Both the position numbers and the translations under genes were made by a program. From Desulfatiglandales bacterium (GTDB lineage Bacteria; Desulfobacterota; DSM-4660; Desulfatiglandales; Desulfatiglandaceae), in NCBI GenBank assembly GCA_963666345.1, contig OY762721.1:1216001-1280000 (forward strand): a stretch of 64,000 bases of DNA, given 5' to 3'. Below, piece by piece: positions 1 to 8,482 of the stretch. The notes beneath the pieces are model-generated. The model did no database searches. It was not told where the DNA came from and saw only the letters and a list, made by a program, of their open reading frames with translations. How positions within the stretch are numbered: position 1 is the stretch's first letter; each line of letters begins with the position of its first letter.

Positions 1-1181
1 TTGGCCACGTCGTGGGGGGTCCTGATCCCTCCGCTCGCAATGACGGTGATCCTGTCCCTCACACCTTCTTCCTTCAAAAATCGATGTACCTTGGGAACGG
101 CATACTCGATCGGCATGGCGATATTTTTCTTTGCGATTTCAGGCGCGGCACCTGTTCCGCCGTAGCTCCCGTCAAGGTGCACGATATGGGCGCCCGCGTA
201 ATAACTGCCCACCGCGACCATATCCACGTCGGTAGGTGTTGAGACCTTGACCGATACAAGGGCCCGCGGATTTATCGACTTTATCCAGTCTACATGCTTT
301 TTGTGGTCTTCCACGGAATAGACGCTGTGAAACGGAAAAGGTGAAAACAGGGGATACCCCACAACCGCCTCACGCATCCTGGCGACACCGGGAGTCACCT
401 TGTCTCCCAGCAGATGACCCCCAAGGCCCGGTTTTGCTCCCTGAGCGTATTTAAACTCCACTATCTTCACCCTCTGGATGGTCTCTTCTCTCACCCCGAA
501 CAGACCTGTCGCCACCTGGGTAATGACATGGTCGTCATAAGGCTTTAGCTCATCGGGAAAACCTCCCTCACCGGTGCAACAGAAGGTACCGAGTGCCGCA
601 GCCGCCTTTATCCTGCTCAGCATGGTATTGATGCTTACAGAGCCGTAGGACATGCCGCCGCCGTAAAAAGGGACCCTTATATCCACCTTGTGGGCGTTGT
701 CCCGCCTCCTGTTAAGAGAAACTGAAAGATCCGGGTCCTCCCCTGGTTCTTCCTTTGAAGAATTCCTGAATAAAAGTCTAAGCTTGTCGAATCCTCCGCC
801 CGAGCCCCCTGTACGGTATTCTAGGCCCTTTTGAGGGACCTCTCCATTTTCCGCCATGTGCCAGGTGCTTACGAGCAGATCGGGAGTCCACCTGAGGTCT
901 CCCATCACATCGAAATCAGGGTTTCTCCTTATTGAAAGGGCATCTACCGGGCAGGCCTGATAACAAGGCTCAGCACAGTCATCACCGATGCACAGGTGAT
1001 GATTCTCCACCAGCACACGCCCCCTTCTCACTGCATGCACGCCATAAGGGCATATCTCTACGCATTTGCCGCAGCCGATGCATTCATTGCTGCGGTGCAG
1101 GCGGTATTTGCCTATCGGATTTCTGAAACGGGATCCCGTTTTAACCGGCTGTGGAAGTTCTTTTTCCTTTTTGTTATTCAA
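1..1181 (-). CDS. 4Fe-4S + FMN-binding glutamate synthase family protein (3' end runs off window)
   Basis: Absent from ORF track; hand translation from TTG at 1181: MNNKKEKELPQ...CIGCGKCVEICP (ferredoxin motif)...GGMSYGS...TGEGG...QVATGLFGV...KYAQGAKPGLGGHL...ASGGIRT, the hallmark GltB FMN-domain motifs. Overlaps the stop of the upstream gene. Confidence 0.9.
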   Translation of the reverse strand, partial: MNNKKEKELPQPVKTGSRFRNPIGKYRLHRSNECIGCGKCVEICPYGVHAVRRGRVLVENHHLCIGDDCAEPCYQACPVDALSIRRNPDFDVMGDLRWTPDLLVSTWHMAENGEVPQKGLEYRTGGSGGGFDKLRLLFRNSSKEEPGEDPDLSVSLNRRRDNAHKVDIRVPFYGGGMSYGSVSINTMLSRIKAAAALGTFCCTGEGGFPDELKPYDDHVITQVATGLFGVREETIQRVKIVEFKYAQGAKPGLGGHLLGDKVTPGVARMREAVVGYPLFSPFPFHSVYSVEDHKKHVDWIKSINPRALVSVKVSTPTDVDMVAVGSYYAGAHIVHLDGSYGGTGAAPEIAKKNIAMPIEYAVPKVHRFLKEEGVRDRITVIASGGIRTPHDVA

Positions 1182-2568
1182 TCTCACATCCCTCCTCGAC
1201 ATGGCACATCTCTTCAAAGGTACTCCTGTCAAGCTCTTCAAAAAACATGGCCCTTCCCGTTTCACCCCTGAGCCTTCTGGCGTCCCTTATGCCCATGGCG
1301 CCCATTACCTCCAGGAGTTGACTGTGCCAGGCACCCATGAGATTTATTACCCTGCCGGCCACCCAGGAAGAATTCGCGGAGGCTATTTCCACTGGGCAGG
1401 GAACCCCCTTTTCGCAGCGCCTGCACATCCTGCATTCAAGCGCAATCAAAAGGGCAAGATCCACATAAACCGCGTCAGCTCCGCAGATTATGCCCTTTGC
1501 CACATGCTCGGCCATAGCGATACCCCCGCTGACAACCAGGCTCGCCCTGTCCCGCACTCCATCCTCAACCAGACGCATATGGACCGAACGCACCGCTTCC
1601 ATAAGATATCTCGATTCATCGTCAACATAGCGGCCCTGGCTGCTTCCTTCCAGATGTATGATCGAAACCCCGCCCCTTGCAAGAGAAAGAGCTGCATCTT
1701 CCACGCCGCTTTTTATCGGTATCCTTACCGATACGAGCAGGCCCCGGCTTAAGGCATCAGTAATGTCGATACTTCTCTTCCATCCTTCACTCCAGGGGAT
1801 CTCTATGACGCGCACGCCTTCAGGTATCGCATCTTTTTCAAATTCGGAATCATATACGGGAATAAGTGTTTCTGCCGATTCCGCGGTATTCCCTTCTATC
1901 AACTCGCCGGGTAAGGCCATCAGCGTCCCGAGTCTCATCGCGGCATCTGACCAGCCCTTCAGGGTCTTGGGGCTTAAATCCCCAAAGGGAGGGACCCTGA
2001 AAAGTATCGGCATCGGCAGGTTCAGTGCTTCAGGGGCCTTTCCTGCCAGGCTTCCGTCTTCCTTGAATGTTATAAAATCCTGGCGGCTTCCCAGATCAAC
2101 CGCAGTGCTTATATATTCCCTGCCGTGGATACCGTCCCTTGTCGGACGGACGATCTCAGACATATCAGTCCACATGGAATCAAATCCCGGTCCTGAAAAG
2201 GCCCCTGCGTACCCGGCGCCTGAGACAGGGATCTTCCCTGTTTCAGCCTGAGACCAGAGTTTGGATATTATGTCCGGCATCCAGTATGAATCCCCCATCG
2301 CCTCATATTCCGGGTTCACTGATTTGTGGATCAACTCCCCGGGGCAGGACTGAACGCATCTCAGGCAGTTCATGCACTGATTATCTATCGATTCGATCAT
2401 CTGATCGGTCCGTAGTCCCCGCCTTTCATATACCCCGTAAACGCACCTGGTCTTGACGCAGACAGGGCACTTGAGACAGCCCTCTTCCCATGCAATTATC
2501 CCGGATCTTGACACAGGCTCATAGCGGTCAGATACGGGACCGGTATGTATCGCGTATTTGGCAGGCAT
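1174..2568 (-). CDS. 4Fe-4S + degenerate glutamate synthase FMN-domain-like protein
   Basis: CLKCPVC and CMNCLRCVQSCP clusters, TRDGIHGREY, SGGIAMAEHVAK...GAD, CRMCRRC...CP; lacks GEGG and QGAKPG motifs. Confidence 0.85.
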   Translation of the reverse strand: MPAKYAIHTGPVSDRYEPVSRSGIIAWEEGCLKCPVCVKTRCVYGVYERRGLRTDQMIESIDNQCMNCLRCVQSCPGELIHKSVNPEYEAMGDSYWMPDIISKLWSQAETGKIPVSGAGYAGAFSGPGFDSMWTDMSEIVRPTRDGIHGREYISTAVDLGSRQDFITFKEDGSLAGKAPEALNLPMPILFRVPPFGDLSPKTLKGWSDAAMRLGTLMALPGELIEGNTAESAETLIPVYDSEFEKDAIPEGVRVIEIPWSEGWKRSIDITDALSRGLLVSVRIPIKSGVEDAALSLARGGVSIIHLEGSSQGRYVDDESRYLMEAVRSVHMRLVEDGVRDRASLVVSGGIAMAEHVAKGIICGADAVYVDLALLIALECRMCRRCEKGVPCPVEIASANSSWVAGRVINLMGAWHSQLLEVMGAMGIRDARRLRGETGRAMFFEELDRSTFEEMCHVEEGCEIE

Positions 2569-2577
2569 CCTTATCCC

Positions 2578-3510
2578 CTAATCCTTTCCACAAGCAGGCC
2601 TCGGCAGAAGACCGGCCCTTTCCACGATCTGTCCCACGATATCTTCCCATTCGATTGCCATTATATGGACGCCCCGCACCCCCTCAAGCTCCTTCAGTCT
2701 TTCTATGGTCTCCACACAGATCTTGAGGCCCTCTTCCTTCTGCCTGTCTTTGGGCACACCGTCCATCCGTCTTATTATCTTATCCGGGATATCCATGCCG
2801 GCCACCCTGTTTTTCATATATCTTGCCATGCCGGCCGACTTAAGTGGAGTAACCCCGCCCAGGATGGCGACCTTTTCGGTCAGACCCCTGTCTTTTGCCA
2901 TTTCAAACCATCTTTCAAAGCGCTCAAGGTTATATATGCACTGGGTCTGGATAAAATCAGCTCCTGCGGCAATCTTTTTTGCAAGCCTTACGATCCTGAA
3001 CTCCGGCGGATCCGCAAAGGGATTGGCGGCGGCCCCTATGAAGGCCTTAACCGGCTCGCTTAAAGACTCGCCCCCCAGGATGACGCCCTTATCCCTCATA
3101 TCCCTGATCACCTGAATAAACTGGGTGGAATCGATATCAAACACACCCAGGGCCTGCCCCTGGTTTCCGAAGCTCTGGTGGTCTCCTGAAAGACAGAGTA
3201 TGTTATTGATCCCCAGGGCGGAGGCACCCAGGACATCCGACTGAAGCGCGATACGGTTCCTGTCCCGCATTACCATCTGAAGCACCGGATCAAGCCCTGC
3301 CTCTTTAAGTAACACGCATGCGGCAAGACTCGACATCCTTACTATGGCGGTCTGGTTGTCCGTGACGTTTACCGCGTCAATCGATCCCCTTAGCATGTCT
3401 GCCTTTTTGAGGACAACCCCCGGATCACTACCTTTGGGAGGCCCGCATTCGGCCGTAACCGCGAAAGCCCCCTTTTCCAGAACTCTTTTAAGCATCCCTG
3501 TATTATTCAC
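2578..3510 (-). CDS. metF: Methylenetetrahydrofolate reductase MetF (MetVF type)
   Basis: AECGPPK, NVTDNQ, RDRNRIALQS, LSGD, KKIAAGADFIQTQ, GVHIMA. Confidence 0.93.
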   Translation of the reverse strand: MNNTGMLKRVLEKGAFAVTAECGPPKGSDPGVVLKKADMLRGSIDAVNVTDNQTAIVRMSSLAACVLLKEAGLDPVLQMVMRDRNRIALQSDVLGASALGINNILCLSGDHQSFGNQGQALGVFDIDSTQFIQVIRDMRDKGVILGGESLSEPVKAFIGAAANPFADPPEFRIVRLAKKIAAGADFIQTQCIYNLERFERWFEMAKDRGLTEKVAILGGVTPLKSAGMARYMKNRVAGMDIPDKIIRRMDGVPKDRQKEEGLKICVETIERLKELEGVRGVHIMAIEWEDIVGQIVERAGLLPRPACGKD

Positions 3511-4175
3511 TTTTGTTGATCCTCCCTCACGATCTTTCTCGGGCCGCCCCCCTGTTTCTTAGACCAGTCCTTTGGAGGATAGATCTTCTCCAGTCTTTCA
3601 AGGGCATCAAATTTCGCCAGTCTGTCTATTATGAGCTGCCACGCACATGGTATATCAGGGTTTACCTCGCATTTCCCGTCGACCGAACCACCGCACGGCC
3701 CGTTGAGCAGGTGTTTTGAGCACCGGGCAAGAGGGCATATTCCGCCGAAATCAAAAAGCATGCAGTCTCCGCATCCGAGGCAGTTTTCGACCCAGAGGCC
3801 CCGTTCCTTTGTCTCGCCGATGAACTCCGTATTAAGGGCCGGGATAACCGGCATATCATCGTACATCTCAGCCACGGCCTGAACCCCGGCCCCGCAGGCA
3901 AGGGAGAGAATCGCGTCATATTCCTCAATAACCCTGTCCAGCTGAAGCACGAACTCATTCACGCACTGCCTTTCCAGGGTCATCTCCTTGATCATGCGTT
4001 CCTCGCCGTTCATCTTGTCTGCCATTCGAAGGACCGAGGCCAGCATGGCGGTCTCCTTTTCACCCCCTGCCGCACATTCCGCCACGCAGGAAGCACACCC
4101 CAAGGCCAGTACCCTCTTATAAGGGGCCATCATGGCCCTGATCTCTTCAATAGGCTTCTGTTCTGCAGTTATCAT
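3507..4175 (-). CDS. metV: MTHFR-associated Fe-S subunit MetV
   Basis: CLGCGDC...GGICP..RCSK.LLNGPCGG..GKCEV...CAW; overlaps metF start. Confidence 0.9.
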   Translation of the reverse strand: MITAEQKPIEEIRAMMAPYKRVLALGCASCVAECAAGGEKETAMLASVLRMADKMNGEERMIKEMTLERQCVNEFVLQLDRVIEEYDAILSLACGAGVQAVAEMYDDMPVIPALNTEFIGETKERGLWVENCLGCGDCMLFDFGGICPLARCSKHLLNGPCGGSVDGKCEVNPDIPCAWQLIIDRLAKFDALERLEKIYPPKDWSKKQGGGPRKIVREDQQK

Positions 4176-4211
4176 CTCTTCTGTCTCCTCTCGAAATATA
4201 ACCTTTTGGAA

Positions 4212-4646
4212 TTACCCGCGATCTTCCCCTCTCCGGTTAAAGACGGGAGATACGCCAAGCCTTGAAGCGGTCTCCATAAGCTCATGCAAATGCTCTGAAA
4301 GGGTTTTTGTCTTTTCTTTATTTCCAATGATTATCCCGATCCTCTCCGATTCAAGACCTATACCTGCGATGACGGCCTTTGTCCTTTCCACTCTCTTTAC
4401 GGCGCGTCTGTTCCCCTCGAAATAGCGGCACGCCCCTTCCGGACAGGTGATAACATAAGCCGCGTCCGCGAACTCTTCCAATGCCCTCAAAAGATGAACA
4501 GGCTCAAGCCTGCCGCTGCAGGCAAGAGGAAAAAGCCGGACATGAGTCCCATATTCTTTCTCAAGGGCCTGTCTTTCCTCTTCGCTGCTGCCTGGGACAT
4601 TTCTGCAATAAAAGAGGGCCACCCTGGCCTTCGGTGATTCCTTCAT
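4212..4646 (-). CDS. mvhD: MvhD/FlpD-like [2Fe-2S] electron transfer subunit
   Basis: FYC...CSGRLEP...CPEGACRYFEGN...GLESERI. Confidence 0.85.
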   Translation of the reverse strand: MKESPKARVALFYCRNVPGSSEEERQALEKEYGTHVRLFPLACSGRLEPVHLLRALEEFADAAYVITCPEGACRYFEGNRRAVKRVERTKAVIAGIGLESERIGIIIGNKEKTKTLSEHLHELMETASRLGVSPVFNRRGEDRG

Positions 4647-4769
4647 CTTGATGATAATCCTTTCGCCCTGGGAGTTGACCTTTCATGGAAGACAGGGAGA
4701 CCCTGCAATCCGGGCACACCGGTCAGGTTGAAACTTCCGGAGGTATTTCATTCAGGGGAATGATACGGA

Positions 4770-6002
4770 TCAGAACACGTATATTTGATGGCTGTCAGGA
4801 TTCTTTCCAAAGCAGGTGATATCATCCACCTTATTCAGTACGGGACCCTTGGTCAGGGCATAAAGTGTACGCTCCACCCCGATGCCTCCTCCAAAGGTCT
4901 CAGGGAAAGTAGGCATGCCCTGTTTGTCCTTTTTGGCGGTCATAAGCAGAAACGGCCCGTACCCGCCCAGTTCATCGATATTTCTGATATTGCCTTCATA
5001 TATTACGGGCCTGGAGGGAATAATATTGTTATCCAGCAAACGCTCAACAATCGCCTCATGGATCCATTCCCTCACCGCGCCTGAAAGAATCTCAATCGCG
5101 GGGGTCTGCTCCCCGGTATCCCGCATTATACTCTTGGCGCATATGTCATAGTTATAGATCATGTCAGAGGTAAGCTCAGACAGAGACACCTTTCCTTCAG
5201 GCCTCAGATAGGGGTAAACCAGGTCGTAGTTTTCCCTCAGCAGTCCGGTGATCCAGAAAAACTGATCCGCCAAATCCTCCCCGAGCCTTGTCTCATATCG
5301 TCTTCCATACTTCCTTTTTGCTTCATCAGCCCTGAATCTGGGAAACGGCCGGCTGGGGACCTCAAGGGCCACCCCAAGTGTTTTCAGATCCTCCTCGTTT
5401 TTCTCTACAAGCCGGGTAACGCTGTGGATGATGAGCCGCTCGAACAGATCCATCGCCCTTTCCATATCCTCGGCCAGGATCTTTTTGACCCTCTCCGGTT
5501 CCTTCAGATACATCTCGAGATCGATTCCCCTGTTTCTCCTCACCTCAAGGTCCATCTGGCTGAAATCTATAAGGTACCTGCCGCGCTGAGCCCGATCAGG
5601 GCTTTCCATTTCAAGCCTGATATTGGGGGAATCCACGAATATTCCCTTGATCCTCGGATTGTGACAGGCAAGAAATTTGGAATATATCATGCTGTGGGTC
5701 ATAACGTAGAGCTGCCCCTTGTAATGGATGCTCGGGACATATTCCACGTCATGGGCTAGAGGGTCCGTTATCTCACTTATCTGAACCCTCTCCATATTGA
5801 AGAGCCCTTCATCCGCAAGGAACTGGTGCATGGCATTTACAAAAGTGGTCCTTAGCGATAAGGCCGCGTAAAGGACATCACCCGTCCACTTGTTGTAGTA
5901 ATACTTGTCCAGATATTCCTCCAGGCTTGAACCTGCCTCTGTAAGGGCGGCCTGAAAACCGAACAGGCTCTGACCTATGGCGGTCATGGTCTCATCTTTC
6001 AT
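4770..6002 (-). CDS. Archaeal-type asparagine synthetase (AsnRS/AspRS catalytic-core paralog, no anticodon domain)
   Basis: ITDPL, THSMI, SPNIRLE, FSQMDLE, NYD, SGAVREW, GGGIGVER match the Pyrococcus AS-AR family from memory. Start placed at ATG 6002 (AGGAG upstream) instead of 6074. Confidence 0.8.
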   Translation of the reverse strand: MKDETMTAIGQSLFGFQAALTEAGSSLEEYLDKYYYNKWTGDVLYAALSLRTTFVNAMHQFLADEGLFNMERVQISEITDPLAHDVEYVPSIHYKGQLYVMTHSMIYSKFLACHNPRIKGIFVDSPNIRLEMESPDRAQRGRYLIDFSQMDLEVRRNRGIDLEMYLKEPERVKKILAEDMERAMDLFERLIIHSVTRLVEKNEEDLKTLGVALEVPSRPFPRFRADEAKRKYGRRYETRLGEDLADQFFWITGLLRENYDLVYPYLRPEGKVSLSELTSDMIYNYDICAKSIMRDTGEQTPAIEILSGAVREWIHEAIVERLLDNNIIPSRPVIYEGNIRNIDELGGYGPFLLMTAKKDKQGMPTFPETFGGGIGVERTLYALTKGPVLNKVDDITCFGKNPDSHQIYVF

Positions 6003-6110
6003 AATTGCCGAAATCTCCTCTGATAAGTTCACGCAACCGGCGCCAGCCGATGGCCCGGAAGCAATCATTCCCATCCGTCCGGAAATCAGATATTTCCGAA
6101 CGGATGTCTG

Positions 6111-7439
6111 TTAAAGTTTTCCCAGATATCTATCAAGTTCAAACTGACTCACATGAGTCCTGTAATCATCCCATTCTATCTTCTTGTTTTCTATGAACTT
6201 ATTGAACACATGCTCTCCAAGCACCTTTTTTACCAGCTCGCTCTTTTCCGTCTCAATGATGGATGCGTAAAGATTTCCCGGAAGATCCGAGATCCCGTGG
6301 GCCTTTCTTTCGGCAGGGTTCATCTCGAAGATATCCTCTTCAATAGGCTCCGGAAGTTCATATCCCTTTTCTATTCCTTCAAGACCCGCCCCCAGCATCA
6401 ACGCAAAGGCCAGGTATGGGTTACACGCCGGATCAGGCGACCTGAATTCCATCCTTGTGGCCGTCTCTTTGCCCGGCTTGTACATGGGCACCCTTATCAT
6501 CGCGGACCTGTTTCTCCTTGCCCACGACACGTATACAGGTGCCTCGTAACCCGGCACAAGCCTTTTGTATGAGTTTACCCACTGGTTGGTGATGGAAGTA
6601 ATTTCCGGGGCATGCCTTAACAGGCCTGCGATATAGCATTTTGCCATCTCAGACAGATTATATTTGTCATCCGGGTCATAAAAGGCATTCCTGCCTCCCT
6701 TGAAAAGCGATTGATGCACATGCATCCCGCTCCCGTTTTCTCCGAATACAGGTTTTGGCATGAAAGTGGCGTACATACCCTGGTGCATTGCCGCCTCCTT
6801 GACCACCATCCTGTAAGTCATTGTGGTATCCGCCATTCTGAGCGCCTCGTCATATCTGAGGTCGATCTCATGCTGACTGGGTGCCACCTCATGATGGCTG
6901 TATTCAACCTGAATTCCCATAGATTGCAGGGAAAAGATGATCTCTCGCCTTAAGTCACTGCCCAGATCAAGAGGCCGGGCGTCAAAATACCCCCCCTTGT
7001 CGGTCATTTCAGTGGAATGATCATCTTTAAAACAGAAAAATTCAAGTTCAGGCCCTGTATAAAATGTATAGCCGTCTGCGGAGACCTTCTTGAGAAGCCT
7101 TTTCAGTACATATCTCGGGTCCCCCTCGTAGTGAGTCCCGTCAGGGTTCAATATATCGCAGAACATTCTTGCCACGGGTCTTTCATCACTCCTCCAGGGC
7201 AGAAGCTGGAAGGTTTCAGGATCCGGCTTCGCTATCATGTCACTTTCCTCAATCCTGGCGAAACCCTCGATGGAGGAACCGTCAAAACCCATCCCCTCGG
7301 TAAGCCCCTCTTCCAGTTCAGAGGGAGTAACAGCGAAGCTTTTAAGAAAACCGAGCACGTCGGTAAACCAGAACTGGATGAAACTGACATCCCGTTCCTT
7401 TACTTCTTTCATTACATCTTCCCTACTTTTGCAGTTCAT
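6111..7439 (-). CDS. glnA: Glutamine synthetase type I
   Basis: FDGSSIEGFARIEESDM, HHEVAPSQHEI, TFMPKP, NGSGMHVHQS, SYKRLVPGYEAP, EFRSPDPACNPY. Confidence 0.96.
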   Translation of the reverse strand: MNCKSREDVMKEVKERDVSFIQFWFTDVLGFLKSFAVTPSELEEGLTEGMGFDGSSIEGFARIEESDMIAKPDPETFQLLPWRSDERPVARMFCDILNPDGTHYEGDPRYVLKRLLKKVSADGYTFYTGPELEFFCFKDDHSTEMTDKGGYFDARPLDLGSDLRREIIFSLQSMGIQVEYSHHEVAPSQHEIDLRYDEALRMADTTMTYRMVVKEAAMHQGMYATFMPKPVFGENGSGMHVHQSLFKGGRNAFYDPDDKYNLSEMAKCYIAGLLRHAPEITSITNQWVNSYKRLVPGYEAPVYVSWARRNRSAMIRVPMYKPGKETATRMEFRSPDPACNPYLAFALMLGAGLEGIEKGYELPEPIEEDIFEMNPAERKAHGISDLPGNLYASIIETEKSELVKKVLGEHVFNKFIENKKIEWDDYRTHVSQFELDRYLGKL

Positions 7440-7504
7440 GATTTCATCTCCTTAAACCTGTTATGGTATAATGCCTCTATCGGCCATATCTGTCTCACTA
7501 ACAA

Positions 7505-7520
7505 AGCAATCATTATGCCA
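7505..7520 (-). promoter_or_regulatory. sigma54 (-24/-12) promoter of glnA cluster
   Basis: Minus strand TGGCAT-AATGA-TTGCT, 65 nt upstream of the glnA start. Confidence 0.85.
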
Positions 7521-7824
7521 AACCCGAAAAGGCCGGTTCAATAAAGCTCCCCGCATCAATCTGCGGGCCGCCCGGGCAAACACGGATAGAGGCCTCTATT
7601 ACATGCAGGCAATACGCTATCTTCCCGCACCAACCGCCTGCTTGAACATGCCTTTTTTCATACAAGCATATATCATATGGGGCACCCGCACAAGGATATA
7701 CACGGGAGGGCCGGGTAGCTATATAAAGAGATATAAATCAAGGCGAGTGCGGTTTGCAAGGCAAGGGTTTTGTTTTGTCTTCATGTAATCGTAAGTGCAT
7801 GCCTGCCTCCAATTCTAATTTCAT

Positions 7825-7865
7825 ACAATTTTGTAATAAAAATTGCCTCATTAACACAATTTTGT
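7825..7865. promoter_or_regulatory. Paired near-palindromic sites, candidate activator binding sites
   Basis: ACAATTTTGT at 7825-7834 and 7856-7865, 31 bp apart, about 300 bp upstream of the sigma54 promoter. Confidence 0.45.
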
Positions 7866-7944
7866 ACTTTACGCCCTTCCTATTTGTACCGCCCCCCAAC
7901 CAGCCCGGCAATTACCGTTTCCCGATACCTCTATCTTTTTTTCG

Positions 7945-8143
7945 CACAAGCGCAGGTGCCGGCGCTCTTTTTTCCGGCCTTATCTCACAAAAAATACCAC
8001 AGGAAAATGCAGTGGCCGCAGACAGGGCTTTCTTTCACAGTGCCTTGTCAGCTAATGTAACGCCCGCAAAAGCCCTTGGATACGGCCACTTTTCCGTCAA
8101 GTATAGAGAAGGCCGGAGAAATGAGTGCCGGTGCCGGAGCGTA
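7945..8143 (+). ncRNA. Structured ~200-nt rod-like element, copy 1 (candidate ncRNA or palindromic repeat)
   Basis: Nested stems GGTGCCGGCGCTC/GAGTGCCGGTGCC, TCCGGCCTT/AAGGCCGGA, GTGGCCG/CGGCCAC, AGGGCTTT/AAAGCCCT; homologous to 58227-58424. Confidence 0.65.
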
Positions 8144-8482
8144 CCTGCTATAAATGGGCAAGAAAGACGTGAAACAGCTCCCCATTCGGACTTTCGACCC
8201 ACTGAATCCCTGTACATCTGAGTCCTCATGCCCGGTCAATATGCAAAGAGGTTGTAAAAAGGGCCTGTTTCTTGCAGAATAGAGGTGTTTTTAAAAAAAA
8301 GGACCTTGATAAAAAAGACATGAATCATAAAATCCCCAATTTAGTGCGGATTTTTATATCATGGGAATTACCTCCCGATTAGGGAATAAACACATTAATC
8401 CTTGACCCTTTGGGTACCTGGATTATCTTTCCCGAATCAGCCGTACAAGGACTTATTGTGAAAAGTATCCGGTGAATCGATA

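Noticed and set aside
7754..8239. Small ORFs overlapping the rod-like element
   Set aside because: Frames are not conserved in the second copy because of indels and stops, while base-pairing is conserved.
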